The translations under genes were made by a program, and so were the position numbers. The notes below the pieces were generated by a model, which saw only the letters and a list, made by a program, of their open reading frames with translations, was not told the DNA's origin and made no database searches. Shown here piece by piece: positions 1 to 12,390 of a stretch of DNA of 50,203 nt. The stretch is from assembly GCA_026025795.1 (NCBI GenBank), contig JAPEUG010000094.1, forward strand, positions 1 to 50,203. Reading direction: 5' to 3'. Positions within the stretch are counted from its first letter, which is position 1, and every line of letters starts with the position of its first letter. The DNA is from Thelocarpon superellum. Lineage: Eukaryota.

Positions 1-4
1 CAAG

Positions 5-469
5 ATGAGCTTCCTCTACACCCACCTTCAAACATGGGCCGAGAACCTCCAAAGCAATCTGTCCGCGTCGGTGTCGAAACTCACGCTACGCGACTACATC
101 CGGCTCGTGATCATCGTAGGCGCCTACGCGCTCCTACGACCCTACCTCCTCCAAGTCGCCGCCCGCTTCCAAGCCAAGGACCACGAGCGCGAGATCGACC
201 CGGCCGAGCTGAAGAAGGCGACTTCGAACGCGGCCAATTCGCTGAGAGGGCAGGTGGAGGTGCCGGACGATAGCACGGACGAGGATGGCGAAGATGAGGA
301 GGGACAGAGCATGGGACACGCGGCGTCGGGTGCGGATTGGGGGCGGAGGGCGAGACGGCGCCAGCGCGCCATGTTGCGCAAATTGCTGGATGCGGAGGAG
401 AAGTTGAGATTGGAGGAACAAGGTGCGGACGACGATAGGGATATCGAGGAGTTTCTGGTCGACAAGTAG
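5..469 (+). CDS. PGA2: PGA2-family ER protein-trafficking protein, 154 aa, single exon
   Basis: Motif RDYIRLVIIVGAYALLRPYL (one TM helix), downstream WGRRARRRQR and acidic end DDDRDIEEFL match my recollection of the fungal Pga2 family. ATG at 5 in aagATG context. Confidence 0.75.
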   Translation: MSFLYTHLQTWAENLQSNLSASVSKLTLRDYIRLVIIVGAYALLRPYLLQVAARFQAKDHEREIDPAELKKATSNAANSLRGQVEVPDDSTDEDGEDEEGQSMGHAASGADWGRRARRRQRAMLRKLLDAEEKLRLEEQGADDDRDIEEFLVDK

Positions 470-1108
470 CTGCAAGAGCTGAGGGCGCTTGGGGCGTTTG
501 TGGCATTTGGGGCGTTTGGGAGGGGGTGACTTGGCTCTACTGCTTCTACGACGATCAAGCGACCGCGATACGTGATTCTGATTGCGCGCTCAGCGCTCGT
601 TCATAGTCGTTCACCCTCGCGTCTTGGATGCATCGGAGATCAGAGGGAACGGAATGGAGAGGCGTAAGGTCCCTTCCTAAGATTCGTATCAGATCCCTTT
701 CCTACATGGTCCCAACTATGGTTCTAGATACATAGATGCGCGTGGAAAGCGTCAAGGGTTCAAAAGGCAGCAGCCGCGAGGCTGTCTTGGGAATGTATCA
801 CTCTGCTCGCTGTAGATGAGCGCGATGGCTGAAGCGCGCTGAGGTGGAAATCATGCCGAGCAACAGACACAAGCGCTCGGTGGAGAAGGAATGCCGCGCG
901 GTACAGAGGGAAGGAAGAGTTGGTGAAGAGGATGCCTGCCGTAAAGCTCGTGACTTGCCGTGTCGGGATGAGATCCAACGAAAAGAAAGGGAGAGCAGCG
1001 ATAAAGGGGAACACTCCGGAATCTATCGGTACAAAGAAGGGTATGGTAAAGGAACGTCCCAGATCTACTCCAAAAATGCTTCGCCACTCAAGAAAAGAAA
1101 GAAAACAG

Positions 1109-4100
1109 TCAAATCATCCCTCCTTCCACGAAGCCGCCTTGAATCATAGCCGGGGTCAGATTGAGCCCAGAGACGATGTCTTTGGGATGCCGCACTTTCA
1201 CCGGCGACGTCGTATGACTCCGCACGGGAACGTCGGGCCGGAATCTAAGTGCCGAGAGACTTTCGTACGGAGACTCGCGACCGTACCCCTCGGGATTGGG
1301 CGACTTCTCACGGCTGCGACTGCCGCTCTTGCTGCGCATGCGTTGCGTCGCGCGGCTGATCTTCTTGGAGATGCTATCCGCCGTGGTGCGGCCGCGGGAG
1401 GTGAGGTCGGCGCCGCTGCGGGTGCGGACATGTCGCGGTGCTGGGGGCGACGGCGCGTCGATGATCGGGGCGTCGATGACTGGGGTAGGGTCACGGGAAT
1501 CGCCTTCGATTCCGATGTTGATGACGCCGCTGTTGCTCCACCCCATCGTTCCCGTCGAATTGGAGTGCGAGTGGCGAGCTTTTGGCGGCGGAGGGGGCGG
1601 TGGCGGCGTCTGAAGGTGCTGCAGCTCCGGGAGCACAGGCGGCATCGGCGATTGCGGCGTCTCACTGTACTCGTCTGTGCTCGTGTCTCTCTGGGGACCG
1701 GCCGCCAGTGTCTCGTCGATGCTGACCATCAGAGTCTGCCGATTACTGCCCCCGACCTGATTCCGTGCCTCATACCCAAGCGTGCCAGGCTGCGCCTCAC
1801 CTGCGTTGATCTTCCGGTTCGCCGTCGCCCGCGCCGAGTCCGGCGACAGTCGTTGGCGCGAACTGGGTGGAAGGCCGTGCTGGAAGGCCGGATGTAGAGG
1901 TAGCGCAGCGGGCAGCGCCGCCGGCGATTCGGGCTCCGATGGAATAGGTGCCGACGAGGCCCGCAAGGGCATGCGCGCCGCATATGCATACATGCTGGCG
2001 GGTAATGGTTCTGGCTGCGCCGTGCCGTGGTGGTAGTGAGAAGAGAGGGTGGTATTTTCGAAGCTGCCGCTCTGGGGGAGATCTGGCACCGCGGGAATGT
2101 CCCTATCCTCGCGTGGATCTGCGCTCATGTACTTTGGATGCCGCATAGCCCTCGGCGTGGCGGGTAGTCCGACGTTGACATTCGCCGGGCCCGGAGCCGT
2201 CATGCTGTTGTTCGACGCATGGACGAGCCCTGGGGCGGGCGGAAGTGAGGCGGTATTGAGTGGGGCAACCCCTTTCATGGCCACCGGAGATCGAGCCACC
2301 GGGGATCGCGGAGGAGGAGACCGTGGGACGGGAGATCTTGCCCCGGGAGATCTGGTACCGATGGATCTGACCCCAGGAGACTTGGCCCCAGGAGACCTCG
2401 CAGCCAAGATATCAGCGGGCGTAGGAATCGGCGGCGCTGATGGTCGGCGCGCCAACGACCTGCGACGTTCTTCCAGCTCCTTGGCTGCCTCTTCTCGCGT
2501 TCGAGATCGCTCGGACATCCTCCGCTGGTGTCTTCCTGACCGTTCCGTCTCCGTTCCCAACAGAGAATCTTGTGGCTGCAGCAGTGTATCAGGCGCCTGT
2601 GGTGCACCAGTCTCGCTATGGTCACGAGCTTGCTGGCTCGTCGACCGGTAATGCGGAAAGCGTCGGTCAGGTGTCTCATCACGGCGCGCGCTGGTCGCCC
2701 GATCCTGGGTTCGCCGGCTGCTGCTGCGCGGCCGGGATAGGGCGCGCTGCGGATTGCTCTCCTTGTCGCCACGTTCCTGCGCTTTGCTCAGCAACAAGGG
2801 GGAGGACGGAGACCTGGCGGTCGACCCGGCCGCCCGACCATGGCTTTGTGTGCGACCCTGGCGTTCATCGAGGGGAACATTAGTCGAAGGACTGCGTCGT
2901 CGGCTCGTGCCACGACTGCTGACGCGGACGCCTACAGCGCTCGAGGCCCGACTCCCGAGCTTCCGGTCTTGCGACTTATGTCGCACGGTCCGCGAACCGC
3001 TCGAGTGCATTCGGGGGCGCGCCGTGGACGATGTGGGCCGGATCTTGCTTGGGGCAGAACGGGTGGACCCTGCGGTGGGGGAGGACACGGTATAATAACT
3101 CTCGTCCGTGCCGCCCTCGGCTCCCGGGAAGATAAAGTCATCTGGCGACATCGGGACAGGGGAAGACGGTGATCGCTTGGCCGGCTTGATATATCGCCCT
3201 TTGGTCCGCCCACGGTCCTCCGACAGCTCTCGGGCCCTGCGGCGAGAACTCTGACTCCGCCCGCGGTCCGCGGTGTCGTCGTCGCCGGCGCCCTTCTTCT
3301 TCGAATCGCGGCTTTCTTGGCGGCGGCGGCTTTCGCCAGTACGCTTCTTCGCGTGGTAGTTGGCTTCGTCAAGGCTGCTGATATACTTATCAATGCTTCG
3401 ACCACTCCGCGCAGGGCTGCGATGTGGTGCGAGCGAGCCACTTCCCGCGGAGGGCGGCATGCACGGCTCCGTGTTCGCTCGCGCGTGTAGCGAGCGACGT
3501 TCCTTGGAGGTAGATCCGCCGGGTGACATGTAATCACCAGTCAAGATGGCTTCCATCGGGGGCCACTGAATTTGAAGGCCATCGGGCTTCCGGTCTCGCG
3601 ACCCGTTCCGACCACGAGCGTCTTCCTTGGAGCTGGTGAAGGCATCTTGAGCCGGTGCCGGCAAGATCTTTTCGGAAACCTGAGTCATAGGGCTCTGCGT
3701 CTTGCTTCCCGGATTGTACCGCGCCGCAGTCAGGATGATTGGGGTGTCTTCGCCCCACTCACGACCAGATTTGGCCCGCGTGGCTTTGAGTCCCAAGTCC
3801 GAGCCGGACTCCCCTGGCGTCGGTAGCCGCTCCGGGTTGAAGACGGCGCGTGGCGTGGCTTCGACCGGCGTCTCGCCGATCGAGGGGAGACGCCGCCGCG
3901 AGCCACCTGGCGTCGCGGTCCGCGCAGAATCGGGGTTTCTGGTAGTAAATGGTGTGACACGTGACCACGTGGCAGAGCCTCCTGGGGAAATGGCGGATTC
4001 GGCGATGGGAGTGACGCCTGTGCCGGACATGGGCGTCGCGTCGCCTTGGCTGGGGCCAAAGAGGCGGGCACTGAGCTTGTGTGAGCCCGCAGCCGCACCG

Positions 4101-6838
4101 TCTCTCTCGTTGAAAGAGGTGATGAGTCTGAGCTCTGCCATTTTCGCCGTGATGCGTGAGGACTTCGTGCTGGGAGGCGATAAGGGAGGACTCAGGACCT
4201 GCGGAATGCTCGGTGGTGCTTGAGCCGTCCGAGCGATGATCGTCGTGTCCTGACTCCGGGGCGAGGTTAAGACGGCAGTCGTCTCGATACCCGTGCATGA
4301 GAAGCTGTACATGGCCGATTGTGTAAGCTCTTGACGTGGCGGCCGGTATCTGGCTGTGGGAAACTCACCATCGGATGGCCAGATGTTGCTGAGAATGCTT
4401 CACGGCCCACTCGCCCCACTTCCTCACGAGACCGGACAGTCGTTGCCAATCGTTGCCATACACGGCGCTGGTTAGCAGGACGGCTTCCCTACATAGGTGA
4501 CGCATTAGACAACCGCCATGACTCGACGGGACGGGCCATGGCCCTGGGGCTCAGGGGGGAAGGCTTACATGAAGTATTTATGCGAGACGTAAATCTCGAT
4601 GGCATCGTTGTGGTCGCCCAGACCCATCAAGATGGTAGCGGCTGCGTTGACGTCTCGCTTTTCCAGGAGTCGTTGCACGTACGCCTGGCCGACCTTCTTC
4701 GTTGAGGCCTGGCCGCCAAAGCCGCTGAGGGCGAGAAGCATCCAGTCCGAAGCCGTCATGGTCTCCAGACTAGCCATTGACGCCATCATGTCGGCATCCA
4801 CATCGCCGAGCCACTTGGAGAGGAGGATAGCACTGGACGACCCAGCCGCGTGGCGCTGCACTGTTCCGCACGTCAGTCATCGGTCGTGGAGAGAGGGAGG
4901 TCCCAACGTACGTTCATCCTGAATCAAGGTATCGATGTCGCTTTCCCAGCCAAAGACAACACTGAGCATCTGTCGGCGAAGCGCGGCGGGATCGAGCTGC
5001 GTCTGATCTTGAGTCTGCGGATTCCGATATGGGACGTCACTTAGACGGGCGCGGGTGTAGGGGAAGAGGTCGAGGTTGGCATGTGCCGGGTGCGAGCTCT
5101 CAGGACTCCGGTGGACCTCCTGTCGGAGTCGCGAGCTACGCGGAAGGGAGCGTTGCGATGAGGTGATGGAAGGCGAGGAGACGCGCGTGCTGGTCGAGAG
5201 GCTATCTCGGGTGGAATGAATAGAGGACCCATGCGAGAGATAGGTACCATCACGACTGGTGACCTTGGAGTGCGAGGGTAGGGAGGGCCAGCGACGTTCG
5301 CCCCGGGAGGACCGCGAGCTGACGGACGCTTGCTGGCTTCGGCTGGTGGAGGAGGCAGGACTTTGCGCTCCGATTCGTTCCTGTCGCCGTTCTTCGAGGA
5401 CGTTCATCTCTTGCGCGATCTTCTGCAAGGGCGAGAGGGTATCCTCCTCGCTCTCGGACGTCTGCTGACTCCACGTGGGGGCGACTTTGGAGGGCGAGGA
5501 ACCCGAGACGACAGCGGCCGTCGAGCGTCGACTATCCTGGCTCTTCCGGCTCTCGACAGAGACGGGTGGCGAGGGCGGAGGGATGGGCGGCGGGTGTTGC
5601 CTGTTGGCGATTAGGGTCGGCGGGTCGAGGTGAAACTGCTGCACGGAATGATTTCGACCCAGCGTAAAGAGGGTGGCGGTCGGCCCGCAGATGGCCAGGG
5701 CATTGATTTCATCTAGGGTCGGCACGGGTTCGTAGGTGACGTGCTTCGTTCGCACATCCCAGGATGACGTCTCTCTGCGAGTCGGGTCAGCTTGCTGTGA
5801 CACGCATGCTCTAAGCGCCGAGGTGAAGTAGTGGCAAGAAGTGGGCAGGGGGGAACAATCTTGAGAGAGCGTACCCTTCGCAATATTGCACGATCCGTCC
5901 ATTCTTCGACCACGCCAGCCAGTTCGGCCCTGGCTGGTAGTTATCCGATCTCTTCAGGACGCGGACCACCTTGGGTGACTCGGTGTACGGGGTCTTGGCA
6001 ATGCTCCAGACCCGGAGGTCGCCATCTTGCGTCTGGGTCGCCAGCATGTCGGACTTCTGCTTGGAGGACGACCCATGCCATGCGAGGGTGACTACAGGGG
6101 AAGGGGCGCGGGAGGTGTTCAGGGTATGCAAGATGGTGAAGCCTGGTTGCAGGGCGGCGATCAAGATGGATCCGTTTTTGTACCTGGCCCCTTTGGTCAG
6201 CCCAGCCTCTCACGCACATACTGCGTCGCGTAGGTTCCTACCCGATGGCATATCGCTGGCAATCCGCCGCCGGTGCAATGGCGGTAATAGGGTCGAAGAT
6301 TGTTCGGGCTGAGATGTGTTCGGAGGTGGAGGGTTCGAAGAGGATCACATTGCCCAGGATATTGCCTGTCTGCGTTCAGCGATGGGTCGGGTACGTCACT
6401 CCGCCGCTGCGGGAAGGGAGGCGTCTTACCAAATGCAACGTTGCCATTTCTCATCCAGGCCGCAACACAAATATGTTCATAGGAGACGAAGCGTGCGAGC
6501 TCGTCGCCGGTCACGATGTCCCACACAATGGCCGTCTGTCCGACGTCGTAGCTGACGGCCAAGCGACCGGCTCGATCACTGACGTTGTCCACGGAGATGA
6601 AGACAATATCCTCGGAGTGGCGGAGGAAGCGTTTGTCGACGGCGAGGGTTTCATGGTGCAGACACAAGACGGACGATCCCTGCGCATAGAGGAAGGTGCT
6701 GGCCGTGGCGGCACAGGGTTGGAACCGCAAGACGCCATCGACGCCTGCCGGTGGACCACGCGATACCTCGGAGACGGCGGGCAGGCGATTGGAGCCATGA
6801 GAGCGCGTCCGACTGCTGGCTGACCGCGTCGTCGGCAT
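1109..6838 (-). CDS. Large conserved fungal WD40-repeat protein, ~1770 aa, 7 exons: N-terminal beta-propeller, central helical region, long disordered Ser/Pro/Arg-rich C-terminus
   Basis: Exons 6838-6430, 6365-6242, 6183-5875, 5774-4912, 4860-4569, 4488-4369, 4304-1109. All introns are GT-AG and the spliced length is 5313 nt (1771 codons, no internal stop). WD-like blades: VSYDVGQTAIVWD, ATQTQDGDLRVWS, GETSSWDVRT. Confidence 0.85.
2280..2402 (-). repeat. Coding 15-nt (5-aa) degenerate tandem repeat, about 8 copies of x-[RK]-S-P-x
   Basis: Translates as ARSPG AKSPG VRSIG TRSPG ARSPV PRSPP PRSPV ARSPV in the last exon of the WD40 gene. Confidence 0.85.
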
Positions 6839-7278
6839 CGCGACGGCTTTCGACGCCGGACTCTTCTCAGTGATGGTCGAGCTGTCCGTCGGGACGCCGC
6901 ATGCGACGTGTGGGTGGAGCTGGCGATAGCAACGGTAGGCTGGAGCAGCGGGAGCTGCAGGGTTGGTTGGCGATCAGGGAGCTTATGTATATCGGAGGAT
7001 AGAACACGACGGCCGCCGCCTTCCTCCCGGGGGTGCAGGCGAGGTCGGGGAAAGGGTGGCGGAGGCCCGGCAGAGAGGCTACGCTCACTTGGGTACGAGG
7101 TACAGCGTCGAGGTAATGATGCGCCGTGAATGTGTGGACGGGGTCTCGATGCAGTCCCTCATGCAACATCAATCCAAGCCGTAGCGCCTTCGTTGCGCTC
7201 ACGACGATGGTGTTGTGAGGATGCGGTCTTCTGCTCGTTCAGCCGCGGCAGCGTTGATGACCATGACCTCTCCGTGAT

Positions 7279-7279
<1 letters not shown>

Positions 7280-7309
<30 letters not shown>
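7280..7309 (+). repeat. (CAACGG)4 microsatellite plus one degenerate unit
   Basis: caacggcaacggcaacggcaacggcaacga read directly, upstream of the WD40 gene. Confidence 0.9.
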
Positions 7310-7310
<1 letters not shown>

Positions 7311-10300
7311 AGGGACAAGGGCGACGGTCGAGGTCACGACCAGGAGTCAAGTCACGGACGGGCGAGGAGGGGAGCAACGGCTGGCCCCAGACCAGCCCCC
7401 TCGGGGATCGAGGCCCAACCACGATCTGGCGCCAGCTGTTGGGCGCTTCATTGGTACATGCGAGCAAGGTCCCGAGATTTGGCGTGATGAGGCCTGCCTG
7501 TGGTTCGTCGGCGGTGAGAGCGACATGGGGGACCGGGACTCAGCGCCTACGCGTACAGCTAGTCCATGGGTCGGGCAGATCTGATGGGTCGCTGGCGGGG
7601 AACAGGAACGAGGTCCAGCACCGCTAGTGGCCGCGTGCGGGCCCTACTCCGCACGAGCTCGCCCAGTCCTGGCAGTCCTGGGCGGCCGTGCCCGCTACAG
7701 TGCCGCCTCGGTCGTCTGATCCTGCCCCGGAGGAGGGGCAGCGGGCAAGCGGAGGAGAGCAAACCCATCGTCGCTAGGAATCGTATGCGACTCGTCCGGA
7801 CCCGATGACTGGCGTGCCCAGCCACGGAAGAGGTTGGATGGGGGCCATCGAGGCAACTGTGCCAAATGGGGCACCGTGGGAGTGGCAGAGTTTCAAGGGC
7901 ACGATGACGGCGGTGGTGCTGCAGGGCCGGTCGAGTGGGGAGGGTCTGGTGGAGGGAGGGTGGGGTGCGATGAGTGGAGGGGAGATGCACGGCGTCGTGG
8001 GCGGGTGGAGGCTAAGAGCTGCACCTACCCTTGCATCGGTCGGCTACGGGCCGCGATTGGACAGGCGGCGCACCCACCGGCCGTGCTTAGGGCGCCCGCC
8101 GTATCTTATCCTGCCTGCTGTTCGCCGTTCCATTCTGGACCGGCGGCATTGTGCCATGACCGCTGTGCCAATCAGAAGAACAAGCATGGCTCCAGGTATT
8201 GGAAAGGGTGACGGCCGCGGAAGATGCACGGTGCATCCTCCAGCACGACCTTAGTCTGGCTGCAGGGCCCACTTGTGCTTAGGCGAGGCCTGTTTCGTAG
8301 ACGAAGGTGCGTGCGTGCGTGCGTGATACTCGGCTGCGTGCGTTAGGTACTCGCTCCGAGCTGTGTGCTCTGCTCCACTGCGGTCCGGGAGGTAGTGGGT
8401 ACCCGTCTTCGTCCTCCATCATCATCCTGCCCTCGCCCAAGGGTGGGCCCCTTGAGTGACTGCTCGAAGTAGAGAGCACAGGCCCTCGACGGGAAGGTCG
8501 TGAGCTCTGTCCGCCGACGCCGGATTGGTGCAGCATAGCAGGAAGAAGGCCGTCGCGTTCCTGGTCCGTGGGCAGAGAAACGTGGGGCCTTGGTTCCGGC
8601 GGTCGGGCAGGATGACACCCTCCATGTGGCTCGCACCCATGCCTCCGGTCAGCCCATGCGAAGCTATGCGAGGGAAACCCGGCCCATTCCTCCAGCATAT
8701 AGTCTCGCTCACACGGCCCCGGAAGTTCATTTCCATCTTTTCTGGGTTTTTTTCTCGGTCGCGGGCGTCAACGTTACACCGCAGATCAAGGCCCTGTGAG
8801 TCCCACCGCTACACCGCTCTGCGTCCAGGTCGCCGGGCCACTCACCCTGGTACCGGTGCTGTCGGCCCTTTGCGCCGTCTCTTGGAGAAGGGGCACGTCG
8901 ACGAGTAGGGCATGTCTCGTATTCACGAGGGAGACATCACACACCACCTTCTGCAGCCACTGCGGCGACGATGCCAAAGGATTGCGATCGTAGCCGCCGA
9001 GCACCGCCAGCACCGGACCGCTTTCCGATGCTTTACGGTGCAGGGAGGCCCTGCTGCTGCACTCGCTGCGCGACATTCACGTCATGCCGACGCAGAGCAC
9101 GGAAACTATAATCAAGAGCCATTGCAAATCTCCCGCTGAGGCGTCGCCTCTCACTGGTGGACAGAGGGGATTGTCGGCCGACCAGTGCGAGTTCTGGTGC
9201 CCATACCAGTACTAATGGATAGTCCGAAGTACTCATGGATATATTATTGCGCACATTGGTCGACGGCAAGGGTCATTTAGTCGCCATTCCAGTCCATGAC
9301 CGGCTGCGCCCGGACCCCGTGACCGCTCTATACGAGCAGGCTTCGTCAGCGGGACGGTCGGCGATTACTGGGGCTCGGGGTTGTCCGAGCGGGCCGCAGC
9401 TGCTGGTCGGGAAACGCTCTGAGGGTTTCTCTACGCGCCGGCGCTAAAATAGAGCAACGTCTAGTGCGGCTAGACGAGATCGTTACCAGGAAATCGCCTT
9501 CCGCTTCCTCGTGACCTGTCTTCGCCTCAGCTGCCGCCAGTGGCCGGAGCATTGGGCAAGGTAGTGGAAGACATCTGGAACGTCACGTTGGTCCTCGCCA
9601 CCACGACAAGGGACTCTATTGATCTCATCCACGTTCTAACGCCAATTGCGACTTTCAGATAGCCGCTGCCCGCGTTCGCCTGTGCAGATCCGGCCCTATC
9701 ACCCACAGATGTTAGAAGTGTCAACGCTTGGAAAGCAGCACAGCCGAGGCCTAACCTCCTCCTCCGCGACTAGTAGTAACCCACCTATCGAGTCGGTTGT
9801 CAAGAGTCCATCCAAGGTCCGTGCTCGCTTCGCTCCACACGGTCATCTCGCCTCCTTCACGTCAGCCCGTGCGCCATTTGCCATGCCCATTCACATCCCG
9901 ATCCTGGCCTCGGTCAGAGTGGAGGAAGGTCATCAAACCCATCCCCTTGTTCAGGCGCCTGACTAATGCAGATCCGGCTCTCTCATCACTGTCGATCGGG
10001 TGGTGTTGCGCCGCTCTCGACCCATCAACATGGTAAATTGGCCACCCTCTTCGATGCCCACTAGCCAGGTACCATCCGTAGTCTCAGGCACGCGGCGAAC
10101 GCCCGGTCTGTCAACCATAGTTCAGGCACGGTCATGATTCCCGCCCTTCGAAGATGGGGGTCATGGGATCGAGCGATCGTCGCCACTTTCGAGGCCCGCG
10201 CTTCGTCCGGCTCTGGCTGTGGCTGCCCTGCTTGCCGTCGCGCCCAGCCGCCAGAACTCGTACAGAGCGTGACACCCCGTCTCGTGTTGATGCACTATGA

Positions 10301-12319
10301 CGATGGGCTATGGATTGTCTCGCCCCTTGACTCGGTGCCCGTGCGTCGGGCTCTCCGTCGTCCTTCCGCACCGCCTGACAGGAACGACGAAGTTCAGCGT
10401 CAGGGATGCGCTCGGTGTCGCGGTGGCCTGATACCGGTCGTAACCAGCATCCGTTGGGCCAGGAAGGGAAGGCGCAACTAGGGATTGTAAATTGCAACAT
10501 ATCGTGAGATGGGCATGGTGTTCTTTTCATGTGGAATGATATTGGGTCAAATGAATACATGATACGTCCGCCTTGCTCTTACGCTGGACTCGGCCTCTTA
10601 TCATATATCCTCAGCCGACCGCAGATGCTCCGGCATCGAGGCGTCTCGGACTTTCAAATGTCACCCAGCTGAGACCATCCTCGGCAATTGAGGCTGGCTT
10701 CGGCATGGTTGCGTAACGTCCAAGCTGGCGGCGGTCAATGTCCAGCGGGGCCCACCGCCACTCCGTACGGCCGACAGCTGACCTCATCGGGGTCTTGTGA
10801 CTTGGAGTCGGAGCCCAAACGCTTTAACGAAACTGCTCCGTATATTTTCACGTGCAGATGAGACAAAGCCGGGCCTACGAGCCACTCTTTGTTGCGGCAG
10901 GGTTTCGCGATTTATTCCTCTTTGAAGAGTGCAGCAAGCCAAGTCACTCTCCGACACAATCGCTTTGTTCGGATTAACCAATCAGGCGGGTTCTATCGTA
11001 GGCCTCCTGCTTGCACGAGAATCCGACTGACGACGGCGTGACTGAGCTTGCTTACTTGTGGGTGATCTCCTCAAGTGTTTCCTGAGCGTACCACAGAATG
11101 GCATAAGCTCATGCTCTCGTCAGCCACGGTCCACCACCGAGCTCTCCCCACAATCTCACGGCACGCACGGGACACACCACCCTTATCCTTCGTGATGGAG
11201 GTGGGGGCGGCCGCGGCGACAGGGTAGACGCGACCTGAGGCAGGTCTGCGACCGTGACGTGGCAACCCCCAACGCAGCTCTCACTCCTCTATGCGAACCC
11301 GTTGCTTCAGCATCTTCTGGTGTAGGCCGTGGTTTCACTAAATTCATATCTATCCTGATCAATAGGTGCAAAAAACCTGAACCATGCCTCTGACCATACT
11401 GCGTGTTGGAGCTATCGCTTTCTACCACGGAGTACATCTGCAGGGCAAACGCGTCGACGTTGCGCCCGTTTCTTCTGCTGTCCTGGCCACGATCTCCCCT
11501 GCACCCACCCTGCATCTCTATACTTAGGGAAGCACCAAATCCCGCTCAAGGAACCCGCTCCAAGCCCTCCAGTCGCAGCTCGTCGGCTGTAAGTCGTCGG
11601 CCCCGGCGGCTGAGATGCCATCCCGCGACGTGAAAAAGCAATTTGCACCACACCCTTTCGGCCTCTTTTGGTCATGCTCCCCCTCGCCCAGTGACAACCC
11701 CTTCAACGGTCATGGCCTACGGCGGGTAGCCCGATCCTTGAGCCAGGCGGGCATCAGTCAAAAAGGATGGCCTGTGAAACAAAGGCCGTCTCCAGGTTCT
11801 CCGACGATTCATCCACGTCCAATTACGGCGTCCTGATGCTGTTGGCCATGTGCGATCTAGCCCAAGAGATGATGGAACATGGGGCATTGCTCCACCCCCC
11901 CGGGGGCTCCCGAGACAACGTGCCGATGCGAACGGGTCGCCAACACTGCCACGTTTTGCATGATCATGCACTGAGCTGTCGCCGATCCCTCGTGGCACAG
12001 ATCACGACTATCCCTGGACGAGATGCCCACGTACTGCCTCGGCCATTGTCTGCCTGGCGCCTCTATGTTACGATTTCGTTCTGGCTCGTCTTCGAGCTGT
12101 AGATAACCAGGCTGCCGTCCCGAGCCGTTCTGTTTACGTCCAATGCTTGGAGTTGCTTGACGTAACAAATAATCGTCGAGCGACATTCATGATTCATCCA
12201 CCGCACCTCTCTCTGCGCCTCGTTCTCTTCGCGTGACGATCGATCCGGGTTTCCAGCTGGCCCGCACCGATTCCAAGCCCGCAGCCCGTCACCATTTCAG
12301 TCTCCGGTCCCCCAGCCTC

Positions 12320-12349
<30 letters not shown>
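12320..12349 (+). repeat. (ACG)10 microsatellite
   Basis: Perfect trinucleotide run ~40 nt upstream of the ATG at 12391. Confidence 0.95.
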
Positions 12350-12350
<1 letters not shown>

Positions 12351-12390
12351 AACCAAAGAAGCGCTACCCTGGTCATCTCACCACTCTACG

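Noticed and set aside
920..1897. 325-aa plus-strand ORF and other long ORFs antisense to the WD40, UPF3, TF and hypothetical genes
   Set aside because: Antisense shadows of real GC-rich CDSs, with Arg/Gly-rich low-information translations.
6867..6902. 11-codon uORF (MRRPDGQLDHH*) just upstream of the WD40 ATG
   Set aside because: TSS unknown and ATG context unremarkable, so it cannot be supported as functional.
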